Shown here: positions 12,010 to 22,199 of the stretch, in pieces | How positions within the stretch are numbered: the stretch's first letter is position 1 | How the letters are laid out: every line of letters starts with the position of its first letter | Assembly: GCA_013239625.1 (NCBI GenBank) | Contig: MU054363.1 | Span: 1-34,738, forward strand | Reading direction: 5' to 3' | DNA: 34,738 nt | Source: Lama guanicoe | Taxonomy: Eukaryota | Notes under the pieces: model-generated | What the model saw: only the letters and a program-made list of their open reading frames with translations | Database searches by the model: none | What the model was told of the DNA's origin: nothing | Program-made: the position numbers and the translations under genes

Positions 12010-12848
12010 CCTTCATGTAAAGAAAAGGACACTGTCCTACACCGTTGGCAGGAATGTAAATTGGTGCAGCCACTATGGAGAACAGTGTGGAGGTTCCTTA
12101 AAAAACTAAAATTAGACTTACCCTGTGATCCAGCAATCCCACTCATGAGCATATATCTGGAAAAAATAAAAATCCTAATTTGAAAAGATACATGCATCCC
12201 AATATTCATAGCAGCATTATTTATAATAGCCATGACATGGAGCAACCTAAAAGCCCATCGACGGATGACTGGATAAAGAAGTTGTGGTATATTCATACAG
12301 TGGAATACTACTCGGCTGTAAAAAAGGAATGACGTATTGCCATTTGCAGCAATATGGATGGACCTAGAGATTATCATACTAAAGGAAGTAAGTCAGACAA
12401 AGATAAATATCATATGTATCACTTACATGTGGAATCTAAAAAATGATACAAACTCCTTTACAAAACAGAAATGGACTCATAGGCATAGAAAACAAACTTA
12501 TGGTTACCAAAGGGAAAGGGGGGGAGGGATAAATTAGGAATTTGGAATTAGCACATATACACTACTTTATATAAAATAAACAGTAAGGACCTATTATATA
12601 ACACAAGGAACTACATTCAATATCTTGTAATAACCTATAATGGAAAAGAATCTGAAAAAGAATATCTATATTCTTTCTATTTTATATATAAAATATGTAT
12701 ATTTTATATATAAATATATATAAGTTTTCTATATATATATATATAAAACTTCTCAGTTATCTATGTATAATTGAATCACTCTGCTGTGTATCTGAAACTA
12801 ACACAACATTGTAAATCAACTATATTTCAAAAAAATTTTTAATAAATT
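12010..12848 (+). mobile_element. 5'-truncated L1 3' end with an internal TA-rich tract
   Basis: aatgtaaattggtgcagccactatggagaacag...[15 protein letters not shown]...aacattgtaaatcaactatatttcaaaaaa. Possible TSD aaaatgac at 12002-12009 and 12849-12856. Confidence 0.9.
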
Positions 12849-12931
12849 AAAATGACAGTTTTTTTTAAATCACTTTTCTCTGCCACCTCTAGGTGACATT
12901 CTTTTTGTTGTGTTGCTCCTTGCATTTCCAG

Positions 12932-13886
12932 GTGGGTGCTGGATGGACACGACAATGACACTATCCCAGATGGCTTCATTCTTTTGGGCTTTTCAGACAA
13001 CCCCAGGCTGGAAATGGTCCTTTTTGTGGTTGTGTCTGTCTTTTACATGGTCACCCTAGTGGGCAATACCACCATCATACTCCTGTTCCACCTAGACCCC
13101 CACCTCCGCACCCCCATGTACTTCTTCCTCACCAACCTCTCCATCTTGGACCTCTGCTTCACCACCAGCAGCATCCCCCAGATGCTGGTCAACCTCTGGG
13201 GCCCAGACAAGACCATCAGCTACCTGGGATGTGCGGTCCAGCTCTACATCTTCCTGGGACTGGCTGCTGCTGAGTGCGTGCTGCTGCTGGTCATGGCCTT
13301 CGACCAGTATGTGGCGGTGTGCCAACCCCTACACTATGCAGCCATCATGCACCCACACCTGTGTCACAAACTAGCATTCCTGGTCTGGGCAAGTGGGATT
13401 TTTGGAACCTTGGTGCAGTCACCCACCACCATGAAGCTACCCTTCTGCCATCATCACCAGGTGGATGGCTTTGTCTGTGAGGTCCCTGCACTGATCTGCC
13501 TGGCCTGTGGGGACACGCACGTCAGTGAGCTCCAGATCTCAGTGATTGGTGCTGTCTTCCTAATGGGGCCAATCCTGCTCATCCTCATCTCCTGTGGCCA
13601 CATTGCCAAGGCAGTGCTGGCCATCCAGTCCCGCGAAGGGAGGAGCAAGGCGTTCCGGACTTGTTCTTCCCACCTGGCCGTCGTCTTCCTCTACTACTGC
13701 AGTGCCACTGCAGTCTACATCCGGCCCCGAAGCCATTTTTCGCAAGAGCGAGGGAAGTTTCTGACTCTTTTCTACACTGTTGTGACCCCCACTCTCAATC
13801 CCCTCATCTACACCTTGAGGAACAAGGACATGAAGGAGGCTTTCCAGAAGCTACTTGGGAGAGACAGAACATCAGCTCAGACTTAA
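12932..13886 (+). CDS. Family-2 olfactory receptor main coding exon (open frame, no own start ATG, possibly non-functional)
   Basis: Full 7TM frame with the N-glycosylation site NDT, FILLGFS, LRTPMYFFLTNLS, MAFDQYVAVC, KAFRTCSSHL and PTLNPLIYTLRNKD, stop at 13884-13886. Preceded by a pyrimidine tract ending ...ccttgcatttccAG (12930-12931). The first in-frame ATG is only at 13014. Subfamily not assignable by eye. Confidence 0.9.
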
Positions 13887-14084
13887 GGAGAGGTCAGCTT
13901 TTGCCCAGTTCAGTTGCTCGCCGCATTAAAAATGTGATATTTCATGCTTGGGGAGCTCTCAATTATCAACATTAATGCTAAAGGCCAATAGCCTGGTTTG
14001 CCCAGACAGTACGTAGAGCAATCAAAAGTAAAACTGGATGCACCTTGCGGTGTTATTCTTTAATTTAAATGTAAGCACAACATT

Positions 14085-14745
14085 GCTCTCATCAGGTTAC
14101 CGGCAGGAAACAGACACCATTCCAGTTATTTTCGAAGAAAGGATTTATTACAAGGAATTATTAACTGGCTGTTGAAGAAGAGAAAAGCAAAAGGAAGTAG
14201 CTACAACCCCTAGCACAGAGGGAACATAAGCAAAGGATTGGAATTGTTAGAACTGATGGACTGGAATTATTTAAACCGATATTCAAAGAAACAGCCCCAA
14301 GAGAGCACAAACTCTTAAACCTCCTACTTCTGAGATGGGGCATTGCTGGACGTGCTGATGTCATCACGGAGACATGGGTTCTGCTCGCCACCTGTTGTAG
14401 AATCTTGATTCAGTTTGACTCAACTGCTGCTCACCTTATCAGCTGACCCTGGCAGGGTGAAAAACAAAACAAAACAAAACAAAACAAAACCCAAAAAACA
14501 CTGATAGGGTCAAATGAGCAAGAACAGAAAACAAACAGGAGGAAAGAGCAAAGAGCAGATTCCCTCTCCCAGCCCTAGCCTGCAGCCTATCTGCCCGTCT
14601 CACCCAGTATGACTGGAGCCTAATAAGGAACCAGCAAGCAAAGCAGAAATACAGCATGCCCGCTCCCGGGCCCAGCCTCATGGCAGAGCTGACTGATGCA
14701 GTTGTGAGTTTGGAGCTGGAAGACACCGGCCTCACGACTGGCACA
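14085..14745. mobile_element. Probable ancient ERVL-type LTR containing an (AAAAC)n microsatellite (14460-14490)
   Basis: tcaggttaccggcaggaaacagac...ggatttattacaagg at one end and gagtttggagctgga...ggcaca at the other resemble old LTR families. Not assignable to a family. Confidence 0.4.
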
Positions 14746-14881
14746 TCTAATTCTTGACGGTTGCAACCTGGTGACCAAAGGCATTATGTGTCTGCTCTAC
14801 CAGATTTATTTCAGATTAAACATTGTATGTTGAGATAAGTGTAGATACATATGAAACTCTAAGAATAAAAAGATCCCATGA

Positions 14882-16168
14882 GTGCCTGCCCAGTGCCTGC
14901 CTTGGGCTCCAGCTCAGTGTTCCAGTGTTTGCAAAGCCTGAACTGCCCGTTCAGGAATTAGGAAGGAGAATTTGAACCAAGGCTGGTCCTGTGGCCACAG
15001 CATCCCTGAGTCCGGCAGCCTGGTTTTCCTTGGCCATCTCCTGGGACCACTGTGGGAATGAAGGACAAGCAACAAAACCTGGAGGCCAAAGGGCTCAGGG
15101 CCTGTTCTTCTGCAACCTCTAGGTCTTGGGAGTCTGGGGAGGGTGTAAGCTCACAGCCCCCTCCCCCAACACATCTAAAAGACTCAGAGGTGCAGGATAG
15201 GCATGGACCTCTCCCGTCTTCCCACAGCTCAGCAGGGCTCCCTCCTAACCCCATGCCTGGTGGAGAAGGAGAAAGACTGGCTTGGAACTCTGGGGGAGAC
15301 AGGGTAGACCCTCCCTGGAGGGTCACTGGAGAGCCCCCTGGGGAGAGACTCTTGAACACATGCCCACCACCCAGGAATCTGGGACGCAGCCTCAGCTTGC
15401 TGCATAAGCCGATCTCTTTGACCATCATGGTCGGGTAGAGTGACCTTTAGAGTCCTGTGGACATGAGGATGCAGAGGGTGTGGCTGCTGCCTCCTGGGGC
15501 TGAGCCCACCTCACAGGCAAGACCCTGGGAAGCACTGTCCTTCCTTGGGTCACGTGTGGCCACAGACTGCCCAGCCCTGACCTGCCAGGCTGAGGGGGAC
15601 ATGCTTGTCTTGGGTGACTGAGGGTCACATGGCAGCAGGGACCTCGGTCCTTGGAGCCTTCAAGCCTGGGACATCCTCAGCTTTGCCTCAGCCCCTTTGA
15701 GCCTCGGCTGAGGGTCCTGTTGCTGCTCTCGACCCGAGAGATTCTCCCCACCCCTCAGAGCACAGGGTGCCCTTGGCCTTGGCCCTGCACGGCTCCCAGA
15801 CATCCTAGGCTCCTTGATTCCACATGTGCCCCAGAGATGGTCCAGTGACTTGGTGCTGGCCTGAGGGGCAACAGCTTGATAGGGGCACACAGAATGGGAC
15901 TCCCACTCAGGCTTGGCCACCAAGGGAGTAATGAACTAGCCATGCCCTGGTTCTGGACAAGGTCCAGTCCATGGTTGGTTCTACACACAGAGGCCCTGTG
16001 GCTGCCAGGCACAAACTGCGTAGAGATTACACGTATGGGTAGGGGTCTGGGACCCAGGATGGCTGTCTAGGGCCTGAGCGTCCCAAGCAGGCAGGTGCCA
16101 CCCTCCACGCCCGCCTGGCAGTGGTCTTCCTCTAGTCTGTGCCTGTCCTCCCTGCCCCCCCAAAAAAG
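14882..16168 (+). mobile_element. Retroposed GC-rich non-repeat sequence flanked by a 15-bp TSD
   Basis: aaaaagatcccatga occurs at 14867-14881 and 16169-16183. Short A tract at 16162-16167. Base composition changes abruptly at both edges, and the host L1 is contiguous across the insert. Confidence 0.85.
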
Positions 16169-16904
16169 AAAAAGATCCCATGAACCCATTACTCAGTGCC
16201 CCCAGCAGTAACATCTCGCGAAACTGTAGTGTAATATCACAACCAGTGTATTGACATTGACACACACAAGAGTATTTCCATCCCGAAAAAGATCCTCGAG
16301 TCGCCTTTTAAAGCTGCACCTTGTCCCCTCCCAGCACCATCACCCCTCTTAAATCCTGGCATCAACCAATCTGTTGTGTTCCTGTAGTTTTATTAATTCA
16401 ATAATTTTATACAAATGCAATTATATAGTAGATCACCTTTTGGGATTGGCTTTTTTCATTCAGTATAATTCTCTGATCAGTCATCTAGGATGTTATATGT
16501 ATCAGTCCTTTATTCCTTTTTATTGCCAGTGTCCCGTGGTATTGACCTACCAGTTCATCTAATTTTTCACCCACTGAAGGACATCTAGGTTGTTTCCAGT
16601 GTGGGGTTATTGTGAAAAAAAGCTGCTGTGAACATTCCTGAAAAAGCATCTGGGTGACTATTAGATTTGTGTTTCTCTGGGATAAATGCCCAAGAGTGCA
16701 ATTACTGAATCCTGTAGTAAACACATGTGTAATTTTGTGAGGAATTGCTGTATCCTCTCTAGAGTGGCTGTACCATTTATCATTCACACCAGCAACGGAT
16801 GAGTGATCCAGCTTCTCTGCATCCTTGCAAACATTTGCTGTTGTCACCATTTTTGTTTTTAATATTACCCTTTCTGACAGATGTGCAATGATACCTCACT
16901 GTGA

Positions 16905-17131
16905 TTTTTTTTTAATTGAAGTATAGTCATTTTTCAATGTTGTGTCAATTTCTGGTGTACAGCACAATGCTTCAGTCATATATGAATATACATATATTCG
17001 TTTTCATATTCTTTTTCACTGTAAGCTACTACGTCCCTGTGCTATACAGTATAAACTTGTTTATCTATTTTATCTATACCAGTCAGTATCTGCAAATCTT
17101 GAACCCCCAGTTTATCCCTTCCCACCCCCCT
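16905..17131 (-). mobile_element. Young camelid-type L1 3' tail
   Basis: T-run followed by aattgaagtatagtc...tgtgtcaatttctggtgtacagcacaatgcttc. Same family as the tails at 28043, 29704 and 30482. Confidence 0.85.
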
Positions 17132-17979
17132 CAAATGGCTATTATGATGACACATTTTCATCTTTCACCAGCGTATGTTCTTCAGTGTCGCTTGCCTTCT
17201 GCCTGTTTTCTGATTGTTTTTGTTGTTATTTTTGTTGCTGTTGTTGAGTTGGAGAATTCCTTATATGTTCTAGATAGAAGTCTTTTGTCAGACACGTGGT
17301 TTGGAAATATTTCCTCCCAGTCCGTAGCTTTTGTTTTGCCTCTTAATAAAGGTTTACACCCAGCAAACATTTAAAATTTTTACGAAGTGCAACTTACCAG
17401 TTTTTCCTTTTATGGTTTATGAATTTGGTGTCGTATCTAAAATCTATACATCTAAAACCAAGCTGTAATCCAAGCTGTAGAAAACTTCTCCCATGTTGTT
17501 TTTCAAGTTTTATAGCTTTACATTTTAGATTAAAGTCTATGATCCATTTTGAGTTCGTTTTTACACAAAGTGTAAGGTTAGGGCAAAGTTAATTTTTCAT
17601 TTATTTATTTAGCTTATGGCTGTCCAATTGCTCCCACACCGTTTGTGGAAAAGAGCTCCAGCTCTAAGTATGGGATTTAGGAGTCAAAACCAAAAACAAA
17701 ACAAACAAGGAAGAAACCAAATGCCCTCACCACTGTGTTGTTCCTCACGTCCTGAGGTCCCCCAGCTAATCTGTCTGCTTCTCTCTACTGTCAGAGTCTT
17801 CTTATTTTTTTTATATACAGTGTGCAAGGGTTTTCTTTGGAAAATTAGATCCATCCAGAGAGAGGTGGTGCTCCCCAGGAATTTTTTACAGTTATATTGA
17901 TAAATAACTACTTTTCTCACCAAAGTGCAAATCTTACCTTATTTCATGAACAAATGCATGTCTCTCTGGACCATGAAAC

Positions 17980-18135
17980 TTTGCTGCTCAAGCGGGCGAT
18001 AAGCAGTGTCAGTTTTACCTGGAGCGTGTTAAAAAATGCAGAATCTCAGGTCCCACCCCAGACACACTGAACCTGAATTTTAAGCCAGATCCCAGGTGAT
18101 ATGTACTTGTGAAGCCGCTTAGTAAGCACTGCTCT
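17980..18135. mobile_element. MER5A-like hAT DNA transposon remnant
   Basis: aaatgcagaatctcaggtcccaccccagac...cccaggtgat...aagcactgctcta. Confidence 0.75.
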
Positions 18136-19309
18136 ACCACACAATAAAATCATCCTGACAGTGACTACAACTTCATCTCACTGGAGTGTGTCCTTCTGCA
18201 AACTCACAGAATCACCTCAGGTCCAATGGAATCATTCTCTCCTTCCGGTCTCTATGACTAGCCTGCTCCAGTCCTATGATCTGTTTATTTTTCTCCAAAG
18301 GCTTGAGGAGCTGCAAATCACTTTGCTAATATAATGCATAGTGTTGCTGATGACCGATGACCGACAACCTTCATAGGTAGAACTCTTTGGTGCCCTTCCT
18401 TTTGCATTCTTCATCTTACTTTTCCCTCAGTTCACGTTCTTTTCTTTTTCTTCTTACATAGCACATCAGTTTCTTTTATAATGTCTTTATTTCTGCTACT
18501 TATATTTTTATGTCTTGCTCCTGGAAAGGCAGTCTCTGGAATTCATACAGTGAAGTTGAAAACATACGACTTAGCAAAGATTCTTCCTATTTTTGTTTAA
18601 TAACTAACAACTTAGTGACGTCTTGGCATCTTTCAAATGTTAAATTGCAGGTGCTAATGAAGACTGTTAATTGTTTTGATTATTTAACTTTTTATTTGGA
18701 AATAATGTCATGTGTCCATAAAAGATGCAAGAATAAGAATAGTATATATAGAACAATTCCATAACTCCCCCACCTCAAGATTTACCCGTTGTCAACACTG
18801 ACATTGACATTCTTGAAGAATACAGTCCCCTGCCCTTTTTAATACAACTTCCTCATTTGGAGTTTGTTTCCCGATGATTAAATTCCGGGTTCTCAACCAG
18901 AAATACACAGTGGTGATATTGGTTCCTTCTCAAGTCAGCTTACCTGAAAGCAGACATCCATTCTGCCCTCACTGATATTTTTCATTGGGGTTCTGTCCAA
19001 TTTCTTCTCTGTATGTAGTTACTATTTTTCTTTTATAATTGATTAGCAAACTGTGAAGAGATCATTTCAGACTACACGAGAATCTTGCTCATCATTTAAA
19101 TTTCCTGTTAGGTTTTAGCATCCATTACTGCTCTAAGCCTGACCCAATTTTTACTCTCTATACATAGTCTCAGATACAGTTGGCATTGGAAGGTTAGCCT
19201 TTATTTGAATGTGTACTGTAGATTTTTAACAAAACAAGTTCTATATTTACTATGTTTAGTGTGATTTGAAATTCCCTCTTTCATGTGTTTTTAATAAAGT
19301 GAAATTTAT

Positions 19310-19362
19310 NNNNNNNNNNNNNNNNNNNNNNNNNNNNNNNNNNNNNNNNNNNNNNNNNNNNN
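19310..19362. other. Assembly gap (53 N)
   Basis: Run of n. Confidence 1.
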
Positions 19363-20261
19363 CTATCCAGCAACCTATTTTTTAGTTCTGCGAGTGTGGA
19401 AAACCTTATGGATTTTTTCAAAATTAACAGTTATATTGTGGGATCTTTATCTATTCAGATATTCCCCTTAGCCAGTGAGAAATAAACTCTTAAGCCAATT
19501 TTAAGATCCTAGTGCCCAGAAGTTTTTCTTTCTGACTTTCTAGTTTAACTGTGTGTTTTATATTAGTTTCTCCTGCATGTCGAGGCATTTGTAGCAGAGA
19601 TGCAGTCTGCAATAGCTCAAAAAAATAGAAGCAAAAAAACAAATAAAAAGTCAGACTATCTAAAAAGCATGCTTAGTACTGTGACTGATTTGCATTTTTG
19701 CATAAGCTTCTTATATCAACAGTCCACAGGCCACAATTGCAGGTGGTCCAAGAGTTGCTCTGTGTGTAGAGAAGAATTAATCCATATTTATGAATGATTT
19801 AATGCTATGTGAAGTGTGGTAGATGAACCACTCCTGAAATGAGTTAAATCCAAGATAAGCTCTTACAAGTGAAGGCAAAATGCATTTTCTACATAATATT
19901 TCTATTTATGAATGTAGGCTCCACCTACTCTGAAACTTTCCTTTGCATAATTTTCAACCTCCTGTCCTACCAGAGCAGAAATCTCAACCATCAGAGTTAG
20001 GCTGAGGCTTTTTTTTCCCTTTTATTCATTACAATTGAATCATTTGGCAAAGAGATTTTCTTTAATGCATAAACATAAAGCAATTTATCTTTAGTAGTTT
20101 AGATAAATAAGTAAAAATATTGCTCAGTACCTTTTTTTAATTAAGGAAACAATTTAACTTAATAAGTACAAAAAGGTTTTATATTTTCTGAATTTTCAAT
20201 CAGCTATAATACAATAAACATGAATTAATTTATTAGAAAATACAACTGTTCAAAAATTAAA

Positions 20262-20270
20262 AATAAATAA
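20262..20270 (-). promoter_or_regulatory. AU-rich element nonamer UUAUUUAUU (TTP/ZFP36 type)
   Basis: Plus-strand aataaataa reads TTATTTATT on the mRNA strand. TTP regulation of the NLRP3 3'UTR is known in human. Confidence 0.7.
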
Positions 20271-20322
20271 GTTGGCTGCCACAAAATTGCAACATAATAT
20301 ACAGTTAACTCATTCTGTTACG

Positions 20323-20329
20323 GTCAGTT
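20323..20329 (-). promoter_or_regulatory. miR-223-3p seed site (7mer-m8, AACUGAC)
   Basis: Plus-strand gtcagtt equals miR-223-3p nt 2-8. The mRNA context UCUUUCUCUUAACUGACC resembles the known conserved NLRP3 site. Confidence 0.85.
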
Positions 20330-20446
20330 AAGAGAAAGATGGCAGAAGGAATGATATGGTTAAAAGTAAACAGAAAAAAAGAAGAGGTGGAAAGATATGA
20401 GGGAAAGGAGAATTAAAGTAAAAGGTAAAAAAGAAAGAAAAAGTGT

Positions 20447-20452
20447 TTTATT
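20447..20452 (-). terminator. NLRP3 proximal polyadenylation signal
   Basis: AATAAA on the minus strand followed by a U-rich downstream stretch (cactttttctttcttttttacc). Confidence 0.65.
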
Positions 20453-20752
20453 GAATGAGTTCGTTATATGAGGTCACCAGGAGGAACCCATCCTCTGACT
20501 GACGCACTGTGATGAGAACTGTATCATTTAGATGATTTTCTTCCCCTGGTGTCTTCAACCCAGAGGTACCTCGTGTTCTCTATACAAAGGCACCATCAGC
20601 AAGCTTTCACTCTCCCACCCTGGAGCCAAAGAATTGCAGAGAGGTGGTCTTAACTCTGATGGAGGAGCACTGACTACCACTTGCTCACACCTCGATGGCG
20701 GTGGGGGGCGGGGGGCAAAGAGCACTGGCATCTGGTATCCCTGCTTCCGCCA

Positions 20753-20852
20753 CTACCGAGAAGGCTCAAAGACAATGGTCAACCCGGACTTTTCTTCTCG
20801 AAGTGTTTCTAATGCACATTTTGTATCATAATTGAAATACATTTTACACAGC
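20753..20852 (-). CDS. NLRP3: NLRP3 last coding exon ([32 protein letters not shown])
   Basis: Acceptor ttttacAG (20854-20853), phase 2, TAG at 20755-20753. Matches the NLRP3 C-terminus MYFNY.TK.ALETL.EEK..LT.VFEPS. Confidence 0.95.
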
Positions 20853-20999
20853 CTGTAAAAGCAAACAGGGAGCCTAGGGTTATACTCTTAAAATGAACAC
20901 TCAGAGTTTTGAGCTTTAAAAAATCTTATCTCCTCACTTCACTTAACATTCTAAGATTTCCAATGGTTCACTTCATGCCGGATGCGATTTCTGGTATAT

Positions 21000-21485
21000 T
21001 TGTAAGCTTCAAGTTTGGAAATGTTTAAACATGTAACTGTAAAGAGAACAGTGTAACGAATCTCCATATGCCCATTACCGAAGTTTGACAGTTAACAGCT
21101 CTTGGTTTCACCGACTGACTCCCTACTGCTTACATCAGTGGATTATCTTAAACACAGCATTTCATGCGTCTATAAATATTTCTAGCTGTGACACTAAATA
21201 AAGAAGACTTTTACAAAATAATCACAATGTCATTTTCATACCTTAAAAAGTTAATAGATTTTAGTATCAATATTTGCCTAATCAGTGTTTAAATCCTCAA
21301 CTTCTGATAACATTTTTATATTTTGTTCATTTCATCAGGAGCCATATAAAGTCCACACAGTGTAATTGCTTGGGATGCCTCTCAAGTCTTCTTTGATATC
21401 AGTTCTTCCTTTTTTTTTTTAATTTCCCTCGCAACTGAACTAAGAAATCGTACCATTTATCTTGCATCATTTCTAGCAGTATTGA
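21000..21485 (-). mobile_element. Very old L1 (L1ME-type) 3' fragment
   Basis: aaagagaacagtgtaacgaatctccatatgcccattacc and aaaataatcacaatgtcattttcatacct patterns. Highly diverged. Confidence 0.5.
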
Positions 21486-21493
21486 TTTGGTTG

Positions 21494-21873
21494 TGTTATG
21501 GATTGTTTGTGTTCCTTCAAAATTCATATGTTGAAGCCCTAACCCTCAATGTGAGGGCATTTGGAGATGGAGCCTTTGGGGTGTAATTAAGGTTAGACTA
21601 GATCATGGGGGTGGGCCCTCATGATGGGATTAATGTCCTTAAATGAAAAGACACTGGAGCATGCACTCTCTGTCTCTCTGTCTCTGCCTCTGTCTCTCTG
21701 TGCCACATAAGGACAGAGCAAGCCCGGAAGAAAGCTCTCACCAGAAACCAAATTAGCCAGCACCATAATCTTGGATGTTCCATCATCCAGATCTGTGAGA
21801 AACTAATGTCTGTTGTTTGTTTAAGACACCTAGTCTGTGCTGTTTTGTTACGGCAGCCTGAGCTCACAAGACA
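21494..21873 (+). mobile_element. MLT1A-like MaLR solo LTR
   Basis: tgttatggattg...aaattcatatgttgaagccctaaccctcaatgtg...gttacggcagcctgagc...aagaca. Confidence 0.9.
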
Positions 21874-22199
21874 GGCTGATTACATCCATGGATTCCCCAG
21901 TCTGTTTTGAAGTCTTTCCTTCATCTGCAAAGTGTCCATCAGGTCTGGGTCAATGAGCATACATACAGCGATGTCCCCAGCTTCATCTTGACCAATAATT
22001 CCCTTTGTTCCTTTATTTCTCTTAGCTCTGGGGATGGCTTTCCCTCGAACAAACATGCTCCACTATGTCCACAGAAGGATACAATGCTGACCTGAACTTC
22101 TGTTTATATTAAAACCTGGTTCTTATTATTCGGACTGGTTCTCAGCCTTGAAGTCATGGACAAGGACAGAAATTTCTGGGCTAGTAGAATTTATAATCT

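Larger units (their letters stand above)
14810..17880 (-). mobile_element. Old L1MC-like element, interrupted by two later insertions
   Basis: ttgagataagtgtagat...agatcccatga continues after the insert as acccattactcag...gtaacatctcgcgaaactgtagtgtaatatcacaacc (antisense L1MC 3' end). ORF2 peptide ATDWEEIFPNHVSDKRLLSRTYKEF is present. Confidence 0.8.
20120..20752 (-). other. NLRP3: NLRP3 3'UTR (3' end approximate)
   Basis: Follows the stop at 20753-20755. Contains AATAAA at 20452-20447 and 20234-20229, ATTAAA at 20141-20136, a miR-223 seed match and an AU-rich element. Confidence 0.75.

Noticed and set aside
14958..16070. Several 65-156 aa ORFs in the GC-rich insert
   Set aside because: They overlap on both strands, are Pro/Gly/Ser-rich, match no protein I recognise, and are expected at high GC.
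14882..16168. Insert begins GT and ends AG, like a complete intron
   Set aside because: GTGCCT is a poor donor and the terminal AG is part of the A tract. Only the pyrimidine-rich end is kept as a hint.
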